From positions 1 to 35,699 of the IMG/VR virus record IMGVR_UViG_3300044724_010283: DNA of 35,699 nucleotides. One strand, 5' to 3'. Below the pieces are notes generated by a model. That model made no database searches. It saw only the letters and a list, made by a program, of their open reading frames with translations, and was not told the DNA's origin. The position numbers and the translations under genes were made by a program. This DNA is from a virus (Duplodnaviria > Caudoviricetes). Positions 10,301 through 17,196 of this stretch are shown piece after piece. Position 1 is the stretch's first letter; each line of letters opens with the position of its first letter.

Positions 10301-12961
10301 ATTAATGGTGCCCTGCAATTGTTTGGTAGATCTTTTGTCTTGGCTACCAGATCTTAAAGCATTGTCTAGTCTTTGTTGTCTTTGTTGTGTAATTTTTTCA
10401 GCAGGAATTCTTAATGCAGTAATTTGTCGAGCACCAGACATAATGCCTTGTGCTTGAGGACTAAAATCTCCACTTTTGGTTTCACCAGCACTACTTAATA
10501 CTATAAATTCTTTAAACTTATCTAAATCATCAGCAGATAATACAAAATTTTTACCGAATCTTTGAGTAGCAAAAGTGGTTTTACCAGAACCTGCTGGCCC
10601 ACTAATAACATCATAAGCTTTGCCAGAACTTAAAATAGCATTTAATACGTCTTTACTACCAGCACCAATCATATCGCTATCAAAGATACCAACACCACCA
10701 GACTGCTCACCCTGCTTGACACCTCCGCCTCCAGCAAATTTTTGAATAAATCCTCCAAGATTTTTTTCCTGAAATCTACCAGTGACGTTTCTTGGCCCAA
10801 TAGGAAGAGAGCCATGATCAATTAAATAACGACCGAACCCACCATCTTCTCTGAGTATTTGACTTGCAAGTTTATCTTTATTCTGCTTGAGATATGCAGT
10901 ATATTGTGCTTTTCCACTGGCTGCTGCCTGAGCTGCGGTTCTATTTTGTTCAATTAAAGTTTCTGCTGGTATTTCAATACCTGGATCCGTACCACTGATT
11001 GTTGGATCCTTTAAGGCTTCGCTTATTTGTTTATTTTGTTGATTGAGTGTTTGTAGTTTAGCTAGTCTTTTTGGATCAACCCTACTAATGCCACTAGTTT
11101 CATAAGCATCATATCCTTTGGGTCTAAATCTAGCAATAAAAGACTCCTGAGTTGGTACAACCTCGGCATCAAAAGTATCTCCATCTACAACATTAGTAAT
11201 TTTTTTGACTTCTTCAATACCAGCTCTAACAGGGCCACCACCAGTATATCCCTTAATTCTACCGCCACGATTCAACCGCTCAAGATTTTCTACACCTATT
11301 TTTTCAACAGCTTTCTTGCGAATGACATATTCACCTGGTGTTAGCATTGCAGCTACAGTATCTCTATTGCCCTGACCGGGAACCCTACCACCAGTAGCAA
11401 AGCCCAGCGGCCCACCAGCACCACCACCACCCTTTTTGCCAAGGCCCCCCAAAAAGCCACTACCAAATTCACTAAGAATAGAAGCGCCTTTAATAGCTGT
11501 TAAAGCCGTGAGTAGCGGTAGTAATGGCTTTAAAGCGCTAGCTAATGTAATAAAAGCATTAGCAGTAGTTAAGGCTACTTTAGCAATACCCTGAAACGTA
11601 GCGCTATTACCGATATCTCTAACCAAAGCTACAAATGATTCTCTGGTTTTTTCAAATTGTACTGCTAATGATTTTTGAGCTTCTGCTGCATTTTTTGATA
11701 AACTACCCTGTCCAGACTGGGCCACTGCCAAAGCTTCTTGCGCAGTGGCGAATTGTTGTATTAATGGAATAACCTTACCAATTTGTCTAAAACCACCAAG
11801 TTCCTCAACAATCTGACCAAATCGTAAATCTCTAGGATCAAGACCGCTTAACCCTTCACTTAATCTTCTAATAGCCTCGTATGTGCCAACGAATTTACCT
11901 TCGGCGTCGGTTAAAGAAATACCCAACTCTTTCAAAGACTCAATCGTTGAACCTCGTTGAATTCTAGTAAAAATAGTCCGCAAACCTGTAGCAATAGTTT
12001 CAGCGCCCTCACGAGTTGTAGATCTAACGCTAGTAAAAATAGCAATAAATTCATTCAGAGCATCTTTGCCCTGACTAACACCTTGGCTGGCACTAGCAAA
12101 CACACCACCAGTACGCTGAATGGCCTTGATAATATCACTAGCTTCAACGGCGAAACTAGCAGCAACAGCATTAATACTACCTAAGGACTCTTCCAAATCT
12201 TCCGCACTAATGCCGAACTGACGCATCAGAGCAATACTACCCTCAACAGTATCGTTTAGGTTGTTAAATGATGGCGCTAGTGCAGATTTAGCTAAGGCCT
12301 CTAAAGCAGTTTTGGTTTCTTCAGCGCTTAATCCAGCTTGAGCTAATGTCACGGAAACGGAGATTAAGTCTTTAGAAGCAACTCCAAGGCTAGTAGAAAG
12401 TCTAGTAATTTCATTAGTTATGCCGCCTAAAGAGGCTATACTATTGCCTGTAACTTGACTTAGTCTCACAACCTCTCTATCAAATTGCACAAATTCTTTA
12501 AAAGCAGCATTAATAGCATTGGTTAAGCTATAAACAACTCCTGTAACAGCACTAAAAGCAGCAAATCTTCGAATAGCCAAACCAGATTGCTTGCCAAATT
12601 CAGTAATTTGTGTTGTAGCTTCGGACAGAGATTTCGTTGTTGTTTGAGTACTGGTCTTTACTTTTTGCAAAGACTGACTAGCTCCCGAACCTTGAGTTCC
12701 CATGGTTCCCAGTGCAGAGCCCAAGGAGTTAAGATTTTGACTCAATTTGTCAATATCTTTATTAGCCATTTTAGCATATTGACTAAGTAATTTTAATTGT
12801 TGATTAACTTTGGCAACATTTTTAGCTTCTGAACCCTTAAGGTCCATATTAACTTTAACATTAATATCAGACAATTGCTTTCTCATCTGAGAAGCAATTG
12901 CTCTAGTATTGCTTGGTCCCCTCAAATTAATTTGGGCTGTAAGATTAAATGCGCTAGCCAT
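4349..12961 (-). CDS. Tail tape measure protein (~2870 aa) with inserted SNase-like, P-loop and other domains
   Basis: N-terminal tape measure core (FDREVVRLSQVTG, TLAQAGLS, GAETIATGLRTIFTRI, SLKELGISLTDAEGKF), long Ala/Gln/Leu helical tracts, hydrophobic Gly/Ala segments, C-terminal DTVPAMLTPGEFVV block. Follows tail tube and chaperone genes. Start placed at ATG 12961 (AGGTGG upstream) rather than GTG 12970. Confidence 0.93.
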   Translation of the reverse strand: MASAFNLTAQINLRGPSNTRAIASQMRKQLSDINVKVNMDLKGSEAKNVAKVNQQLKLLSQYAKMANKDIDKLSQNLNSLGSALGTMGTQGSGASQSLQKVKTSTQTTTKSLSEATTQITEFGKQSGLAIRRFAAFSAVTGVVYSLTNAINAAFKEFVQFDREVVRLSQVTGNSIASLGGITNEITRLSTSLGVASKDLISVSVTLAQAGLSAEETKTALEALAKSALAPSFNNLNDTVEGSIALMRQFGISAEDLEESLGSINAVAASFAVEASDIIKAIQRTGGVFASASQGVSQGKDALNEFIAIFTSVRSTTREGAETIATGLRTIFTRIQRGSTIESLKELGISLTDAEGKFVGTYEAIRRLSEGLSGLDPRDLRFGQIVEELGGFRQIGKVIPLIQQFATAQEALAVAQSGQGSLSKNAAEAQKSLAVQFEKTRESFVALVRDIGNSATFQGIAKVALTTANAFITLASALKPLLPLLTALTAIKGASILSEFGSGFLGGLGKKGGGGAGGPLGFATGGRVPGQGNRDTVAAMLTPGEYVIRKKAVEKIGVENLERLNRGGRIKGYTGGGPVRAGIEEVKKITNVVDGDTFDAEVVPTQESFIARFRPKGYDAYETSGISRVDPKRLAKLQTLNQQNKQISEALKDPTISGTDPGIEIPAETLIEQNRTAAQAAASGKAQYTAYLKQNKDKLASQILREDGGFGRYLIDHGSLPIGPRNVTGRFQEKNLGGFIQKFAGGGGVKQGEQSGGVGIFDSDMIGAGSKDVLNAILSSGKAYDVISGPAGSGKTTFATQRFGKNFVLSADDLDKFKEFIVLSSAGETKSGDFSPQAQGIMSGARQITALRIPAEKITQQRQQRLDNALRSGSQDKRSTKQLQGTINAPTSIPQNLYDQFSNVEFLEQFASGGLVQRFDDGGDVGGIKVAKTGKINKSDIERLTEKQAAALLENPNVQKNLFTVSQLQKRIQQRQAVAQEEQELVGAKQYGLVGLYGSPRNVTAKTEDGDTVQLIGKTLDKKLSDEYEKMMTDGFEQTVAAVGNNMASRVGASAASLDKNQMEKAGLYNAIGAYLEAAIATLGAPYDKDETNDPIDFAGGIGSAAALFGIPSDIPTDTTRTVFGKGKSPNDFLGQVNRYRKQIQRFANGGSPQDTVPALLTPGEFVINKEAAKKLGSQKLNQLNKADRIQGFNKGGAVGFVQSFADGGGVRGVIKDRQEYLARIVDKLGISLEDYEKSVRASIIRRAETLSSDKKQAQIDLTDLIVKKTGSIDDEGVIDEVKEKATEYIATMMDGIENVDSEALENGLSEIIDGMKQGLSVSEIKEMSEGLKEVLEQEITARGELVNAQEQTAKELGFLTSRMKVRDLDVRAQKSLESGKFGSMDKMDLRKAQQNLESSIGQVFDGLGERFATSNIPGMKALEKTYPKLAKNLTAMGDKFGGVTGILGAGSSLLASKLPELAKTFDHFAGTVSDTSDTFSGIVGGLEKGGSLALSGAVVGQQLYGRRGAAVGGLVGGISGSASGFIKASVAKETENALKGVTAATTEYNQILDQLNNARTVQEREMLEKQAIEGYNNLSKSLENSAKVIEDNRVWNAFSAGLDSLTNSIMIVSSTAAAMSIGGIGFGGGGGRRRSRSRKSKAYGGRIGLVDGGNNNMVPVHLAPGEGVLSPEVASKFTDVELQRLNNADKGAFGANAGMLDGSAVGVVPGNGTGKVDNFKTNLAAGSYVIKRSSMEALYAANGGRIGANVVTNRGVGFASGGSVQRQGAYVGALIRVIPALVRGIPALVRGIPALVRGGLTLKNAWGWLQGAMTVGFGVSAAADAYGAFTDDTVQNQQLAAQMQMVEQLKSLSNATSAQSIKNARYSERIIKASDPVEARDAKGDFIMSEAQREKAYSRFNNADGTMNVLNRLAETQARSVLSNIGMEVPSSASVQEFLDALKTEDIDAYNAAISEINKGNQQLRKNIYLQIRQREGAKLSVAEKEFEKGVDAQGKPIDERINKELSRINRGDILAQRMQIINRSISKFTLNLTDIMNRLSASMNRTTVEAGELFERLDQYTAGLIGPTATAGRARTSQADVLKNIQGYSADELDAVVSGINTSLGNTKETQEMSDFVRGLQVMRNELPMILRAAGGQDLDVNQTQSVDKMLKKMFAGISIGENVEKQLRTQILDVITSQTGSRSPLTFNELAEQVPALKELNATAEKAREVFLQYAEAQIEMNNRLAHASDRLASMLLKAAQLGIKADEIRLESALDLKRTFGETASLEELQAPFQAQINGLVATAGGRPNMTPMEIGEAIASKQAELTAMSATPEQQTENLANGNIARLTKEINAYQTALDKLANSTSMADAAMKKIAEQERISEGRRQGVMGLLGMINDPERLFKFTREQQSFGNVMSGDASLNDIARGIESLSLVEATNTPEDFQRILQQFVRNALNIAANAAGPQGAVITQLLQTVEKDFAVGAEERGKLNPELQAAIDSYTIAIETQVQAVETQQKLITQAASVQSDTIRQSAIEFKQQILTAARTAAQELEAAADRIGLKDTQDIEAGAQVDAKAAEEIAKAAEISANAFTEHAKTVKEAERTWYEFLTGWTGGATVATATLEATLIKPLEMMGRDVTRIRQEMNQTVVKGRITIPSKPTNIGGGGGGAGGWAKGGVVYASKGRLINFQPKGTDTVPAMLTPGEFVVRRSAAQNNLGLLKAINSGANVTSDASTGTSYANRGGIISAKGYSFGGGVLNGVVSTLVGSGSDSLANVFNTFVKNFRSETNNFSDLINSLARVFPALNGPVNIFGTHIDKFNRTVSDLKKVEIKAPNIPEVIKFQGGTVRVELIAPADDFKLNAEDERRITKNLEERLVQLIGLGR
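7569..7630. repeat. Three tandem copies of a 21-bp unit in the tape measure gene (encodes IPALVRG x3)
   Basis: ccccttac[t/c]aatgctggtatt at 7569, 7590 and 7611 (third copy 20 bp). Confidence 0.95.
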
Positions 12962-13031
12962 TTTTACCACCTATTAATGTATAATAAAACCAAACAATAA
13001 AATATTAACGAACAGCAATGTTAGTAAACGC

Positions 13032-13928
13032 CTATGAAGTTGATTCCTCCTCGGTTTGTTCTGTGGTTTGTTTTGATTGTTCAGTATCGTTGTGTGTTTC
13101 ATCTTCTTTTTTTTCTTGATCTTGATCTTGTTGCAAAATTACTGGCTTGCCAGAATCGTCTGTGAAAGGTTTGAATTCACTGTCTATATATTCACCATTT
13201 TGATTTACCAAATGACCATTTTTATCAACAAATTCACCCTTTTCATTGATATATCTGCCATTTTTATCCACCAATCTGCCTTCCTGGTCTGTTAATCTAC
13301 CCTTTTTATCAATAAATCTCAAATCATCATTAACAAATTTATAGTCAATTAAAAATTTATTTTCTGGTAATTTTTTCTCAAAATCAGAATCCAAGCCATA
13401 TAGCATTGAAGCTAATTTTTGAGCACCCAACACCCCAATTATATCTGAAGATCTATTTAAATAATCCTCGTAACTTTTAAAGTATGGTTTATTTTTATTA
13501 TTATTATACACCAAACAACATGATACTAAATAATTGAATCTAGCATTATCCGCCTGACCTTCCGCTGTGTGTGTGTCCAAATTGGTTTTTATAGAAATAA
13601 GATTTCTCATTTCTTCTCTTCTTTTTTTAATTTCTAAAGCAACGTTCCTAGCTTCAGATAAAGAAATTCCGCCTTTAGCTAATTTTTGCTCATTATCATT
13701 AATCTGTGTTTGTAGCGAAGCAAATTTTGCTTCTTTATTTTCATCCCAAAGGCCTTGTTCTTTTAGTAAATCGTCTAGCCTGGCTCTTACTATAGATCCA
13801 GAATTAACAGCATCAGAAAATGCCTGATTATAAACTTTCTGACCCTCTCTTTGTTGATGCAGGGAAGGTTCTTTGATAAAAAATTCAGTTTCTTGTCCTT
13901 CGACATTGCCTTTAAAAGTATTAGACAT
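13032..13928 (-). CDS. Putative tail assembly chaperone with C-terminal [D/N]xxG heptad repeats and acidic tail
   Basis: Directly upstream of the tape measure gene, AGGAG SD, helical N-terminal region similar to that of 14238-15296. Confidence 0.6.
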   Translation of the reverse strand: MSNTFKGNVEGQETEFFIKEPSLHQQREGQKVYNQAFSDAVNSGSIVRARLDDLLKEQGLWDENKEAKFASLQTQINDNEQKLAKGGISLSEARNVALEIKKRREEMRNLISIKTNLDTHTAEGQADNARFNYLVSCCLVYNNNKNKPYFKSYEDYLNRSSDIIGVLGAQKLASMLYGLDSDFEKKLPENKFLIDYKFVNDDLRFIDKKGRLTDQEGRLVDKNGRYINEKGEFVDKNGHLVNQNGEYIDSEFKPFTDDSGKPVILQQDQDQEKKEDETHNDTEQSKQTTEQTEEESTS

Positions 13929-14236
13929 TATTTTCCATCTCCTTTTTGATTGTAAAAAATTTGTAAGTTGTATTTTTCAACTTTATTTAAGTATTTCTCT
14001 AGTTCTTCTAGTCCATTTCTAATTTGATAATTTCCATGATCCAATAAATCATTTCTTAAATCTTCCCATTTATCTCTAAAATATATATCTTTTTCGGTTA
14101 CGGGTTCTCCGTTCTCTCCTTCCCATAAATAACCAAATTCTTTTTCAAATCTAGATAAACCCCCTATCATGATAGTTTTAAATCTTTTTTCCATTTGTTC
14201 TATAATATGTCTTCTGCTTATATATTTATTATTCAT
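13928..14236 (-). CDS. Hypothetical protein (102 aa, starts MNNKYIS)
   Basis: ATG at 14236 lies just after the stop of the upstream gene, and the stop overlaps the next start (TAATG). The ORF-track extension to 14398 overlaps the upstream gene and is probably not translated. Confidence 0.7.
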   Translation of the reverse strand: MNNKYISRRHIIEQMEKRFKTIMIGGLSRFEKEFGYLWEGENGEPVTEKDIYFRDKWEDLRNDLLDHGNYQIRNGLEELEKYLNKVEKYNLQIFYNQKGDGK

Positions 14237-14237
14237 A

Positions 14238-15296
14238 TCATTTACCCTTAGAGGCGACTGCTTGAAGCTTATTCTTCTCTCGTAATTGCTGTTGCAGCTG
14301 AAGCTGAACATGTGGTAATTCCTGCCAAGGAATAGGCTGATCTGCATCTTTACCCATTTTCTTGATATGTTGCACTTCGGCCATACCCTGAGCATCATTC
14401 AAACTATAAATTTGACGCGCTTCTTCAGCGGAATCTGTCACTATGAAAATTTCATTTGCGTTTTTGTATTTACCACCAATAGCATCCATCAATTTTGTTT
14501 TCTTGCGTTCTTTTTCTTGTCTTCTTTTGATAAAAATCATCCATCCATCCAAGGCATCATCGTCTTGTATAACTTCGTCTTCTGGTCTTTCTGGATTTTC
14601 ATAAATATTATCGTACATTTTAGTAAATGTAATTAACATTCTTTGATCGTCACTCCAATTGTAGACAGGTCCAGGAAAAATATTTTCAGATGTACAATTC
14701 CAATAAGATCTCCATAGATCGCTTCTAGATAAAGATCTCAACTCTGATGTAGTAATCGCGTGTTTATGTAGTTCATTGATTACATGGTGCATCTTGTTTT
14801 GAGGTGTTTTTTCAAAATCAAAAGCTAATTGATCTTTTTCGTTATAAATAGTTTGAGATAGAATATATTCATGTTTAATTGTTTCAGCATAATGTTCTAG
14901 GGTCAAATGATCCATTTCGCTTTGTTTAGATTGAAGTTTAGCAACTTTTTGAGAACCTAATTTTATACTCTTTTTGATTTTTTTCTTCATGGTGGGATCC
15001 AAAAACTTCAAATAAAGCTCAATCTTTAAATCATCTAATCTATTCTTTAATATCTTAAGATCGTCTTGAACATTTTTATCCCAAATTTTTTCTCTATATA
15101 AAAGAGTGTCCACCTCACCCCTGGTTAACCACTGTTTAGTATCAAATCTATGATTTTGGACAATGTCTTCATAGATAAAGTATGCTCGCTGACGTATATC
15201 AAGAGTAGGCGTTACAATCTTATATCTAGAGCCATCTATAGAAACATGATGGACGCCAGATATAATCCTATATAAAAGTCCTTCTTCTTTGTTCAT
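14238..15296 (-). CDS. Putative long tail assembly chaperone (352 aa)
   Basis: Lies between tail tube and tape measure genes. N-terminal ~170 aa align by eye with 13032-13928, followed by an extra C-terminal domain (WRSYW...MYDNIYENPERP...DDDALDGW). Confidence 0.55.
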   Translation of the reverse strand: MNKEEGLLYRIISGVHHVSIDGSRYKIVTPTLDIRQRAYFIYEDIVQNHRFDTKQWLTRGEVDTLLYREKIWDKNVQDDLKILKNRLDDLKIELYLKFLDPTMKKKIKKSIKLGSQKVAKLQSKQSEMDHLTLEHYAETIKHEYILSQTIYNEKDQLAFDFEKTPQNKMHHVINELHKHAITTSELRSLSRSDLWRSYWNCTSENIFPGPVYNWSDDQRMLITFTKMYDNIYENPERPEDEVIQDDDALDGWMIFIKRRQEKERKKTKLMDAIGGKYKNANEIFIVTDSAEEARQIYSLNDAQGMAEVQHIKKMGKDADQPIPWQELPHVQLQLQQQLREKNKLQAVASKGK

Positions 15297-15315
15297 AAAA
15301 TATCTTAATTATCCT

Positions 15316-16158
15316 TTAACCGACTGTTAAACTATTATATGTAGTATATGTAAAGGTAATAGTCGCATTACCCCCACCGGTATCTCCACCACCATACGCA
15401 ACATTAGATAGTCTGCATTTTTCCATAGCAAAAGTACTGCCACACAAACTTAAACTAATATCTTGCCCCCCAAAAGACGGGGATTCACATGCTGCAACCG
15501 ATGGGATGTCAACGCCGTCTGTACCAGTGGCACTTACTTCAAATTCTACATTTACTTCACCAGGGTTGTTGACGTAACTATGAAAAGCATCATATCTTCC
15601 CAATTTGTACATCATCGTTCTACCCGGACTGCAACTAATTGTGACGTTCGTTAGGTTGCCTGCGGAAGTAACAAGACCGGGAGCTCCACCAACAAAAAAC
15701 TGTCGGGTTGGTACCCCAGCATCTTGTATTTTGGTTGCGCTAACACTTCCAGATAGTCTTTTACCTCTAGCTAAATAAGTAAGTTCTTCTGTAAAAACTC
15801 CATCAACAGGAAAATTAAATGTTACCCCACTTAACCCAGCACCTGTACATTCGATATTACTGCTCGGAGCTACTAATAAGGGAGCTGCATCGTCCCCGAC
15901 AGAAAGTTGCAAACGATTCTCATCACCAGTAAACATCTCCTCGTATGTCCCTTGGTAATAAGTTCCTCCAACAATCGCTCTAGTGAGAGTAAGTTCCGCC
16001 TGTGGAGCAAGAGTGATCGTATCTATTTGTGTTAATTGTCCTAATTGAAATACTGGTTCTAAATCAAAAGTTGTAGTGACACCGACACTCTGCGCACCCG
16101 TCACAAAGCCTCCGTTAATACCTACAGCATGACAAGCATAAAAAACCCTATTGCCCAT
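15316..16158 (-). CDS. Second (minor) tail tube protein paralog (280 aa, starts MGNRVFYA)
   Basis: AAGGAG SD before ATG 16158. Colinear with 16234-17130 (NRVFYA, GAQSVG.TT.F.LE.VFQLGQL, FPVDG..TEE.T, Y.GGDTGGGNATIT). Confidence 0.75.
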   Translation of the reverse strand: MGNRVFYACHAVGINGGFVTGAQSVGVTTTFDLEPVFQLGQLTQIDTITLAPQAELTLTRAIVGGTYYQGTYEEMFTGDENRLQLSVGDDAAPLLVAPSSNIECTGAGLSGVTFNFPVDGVFTEELTYLARGKRLSGSVSATKIQDAGVPTRQFFVGGAPGLVTSAGNLTNVTISCSPGRTMMYKLGRYDAFHSYVNNPGEVNVEFEVSATGTDGVDIPSVAACESPSFGGQDISLSLCGSTFAMEKCRLSNVAYGGGDTGGGNATITFTYTTYNSLTVG

Positions 16159-16183
16159 ATAAAATAATCTCCTTCTTGAAACC

Positions 16184-16212
16184 AAAGCCAGGGGAGAGAA
16201 ACCCCTGGCTTT
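16184..16212 (-). terminator. Intrinsic terminator-like hairpin between the two tail tube genes
   Basis: Perfect 11-bp inverted repeat aaagccagggg/cccctggcttt. On the minus strand it ends in an interrupted U tract (UUUGGUUUC). Confidence 0.75.
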
Positions 16213-16233
16213 TGTATTATTTAATCTAAATCC

Positions 16234-17130
16234 TTACAGATCAGTAATAGTCAACTCATTATAAGTACTGAAACTATAAGTAATAGTTGCATTTCCACCA
16301 CCGGTGTCTCCACCACTGTAGTTAACACTTGTTAACTTATTGCTTGTTCCAAGATCAAATTTATACTTATTATTACCAGAGCCATCGCAAATCATAACAA
16401 TAATTGTTCTATCGTTTTCTGGTAATCCAGAGCAATTAGCGTCTGGAATATCAACAGCAACACCATCAAGTTCTGTAGCAGTAACTTCAAATTCACAGGT
16501 GACTTCTAACGGGAAATTAACAAAGCGATGGAATGGCTTCAATGTGCCAAGCTTATACATAGTTTCACGACCAAGATCAGCACTGATACTAATACTGGTT
16601 AAATTTTTACCGCTAACTTCAGATGGTAAGGTTGACGCTCCAAGATTCACATTTTGTCTTCTTAGTGCTGCATTACCGGAGGTAGCTGGAGCACTAACGC
16701 TACCGGTTAAAGCTTTAGCGTTACCAACAAAAGTAATTTCTTCTGTTAAATTACCATCCACAGGAAAAGTGTAGGATAAAGAAGAAACAAACATACCGCT
16801 ACAAGTAATTGCGCTACTGCTAGTAAGCGAAGAGCTCGTATCACTACCCACACCAACTATAACATCTGTCTCGTCATTAGCGTTGGAGATTAACGAATTG
16901 CCAGTAGTTGAAGAAAGCGACCAAATACTACTCTCCCCATCTAATATCTTAGAAACAGTAATTTCAACTTCTGGGTCGAGCGAAACATTATCATATAGGG
17001 CTAATTGACCTAATTGGAAAACTTGTTCTAGATTAAAGTTGGTGGTAATACCCACGCTTTGAGCGCCTTGCACCGTGGTTCCACCAACAGAGACACCTTG
17101 AGATGCATAAAAAACTCTGTTATTGGGCAT
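16234..17130 (-). CDS. Major tail tube protein (298 aa)
   Basis: Follows the tail terminator; Ser/Thr/Gly-rich beta protein with GGAG SD, its own promoter-like motif upstream and a hairpin downstream. Confidence 0.78.
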   Translation of the reverse strand: MPNNRVFYASQGVSVGGTTVQGAQSVGITTNFNLEQVFQLGQLALYDNVSLDPEVEITVSKILDGESSIWSLSSTTGNSLISNANDETDVIVGVGSDTSSSLTSSSAITCSGMFVSSLSYTFPVDGNLTEEITFVGNAKALTGSVSAPATSGNAALRRQNVNLGASTLPSEVSGKNLTSISISADLGRETMYKLGTLKPFHRFVNFPLEVTCEFEVTATELDGVAVDIPDANCSGLPENDRTIIVMICDGSGNNKYKFDLGTSNKLTSVNYSGGDTGGGNATITYSFSTYNELTITDL

Positions 17131-17175
17131 AATAAATCTCCATCGATATATCAGTTTGTAGTTTGTAGTAACCTA

Positions 17176-17193
17176 ATAAATAATACACCAATT
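17176..17193 (-). promoter_or_regulatory. Putative late promoter AATTGGTGTATTATTTAT
   Basis: Intergenic copy of the recurring GTGTAT-core motif, upstream of the major tail gene. Confidence 0.6.
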
Positions 17194-17196
17194 TTT

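Noticed and set aside
12971-13031. Possible hairpin or promoter before the tape measure gene
   Set aside because: The stem is weak, AT-rich and mismatched, and the TGTATAAT there lies on the opposite strand.
13920-14398. Programmed frameshift joining the chaperone-region ORFs
   Set aside because: The 352-aa to 102-aa junction would need a +1 shift and I found no canonical slippery site. The 102-aa to 298-aa junction (T GGA AAA TAA TG) is only near-slippery and has its own AGGAG SD, so translational coupling suffices.
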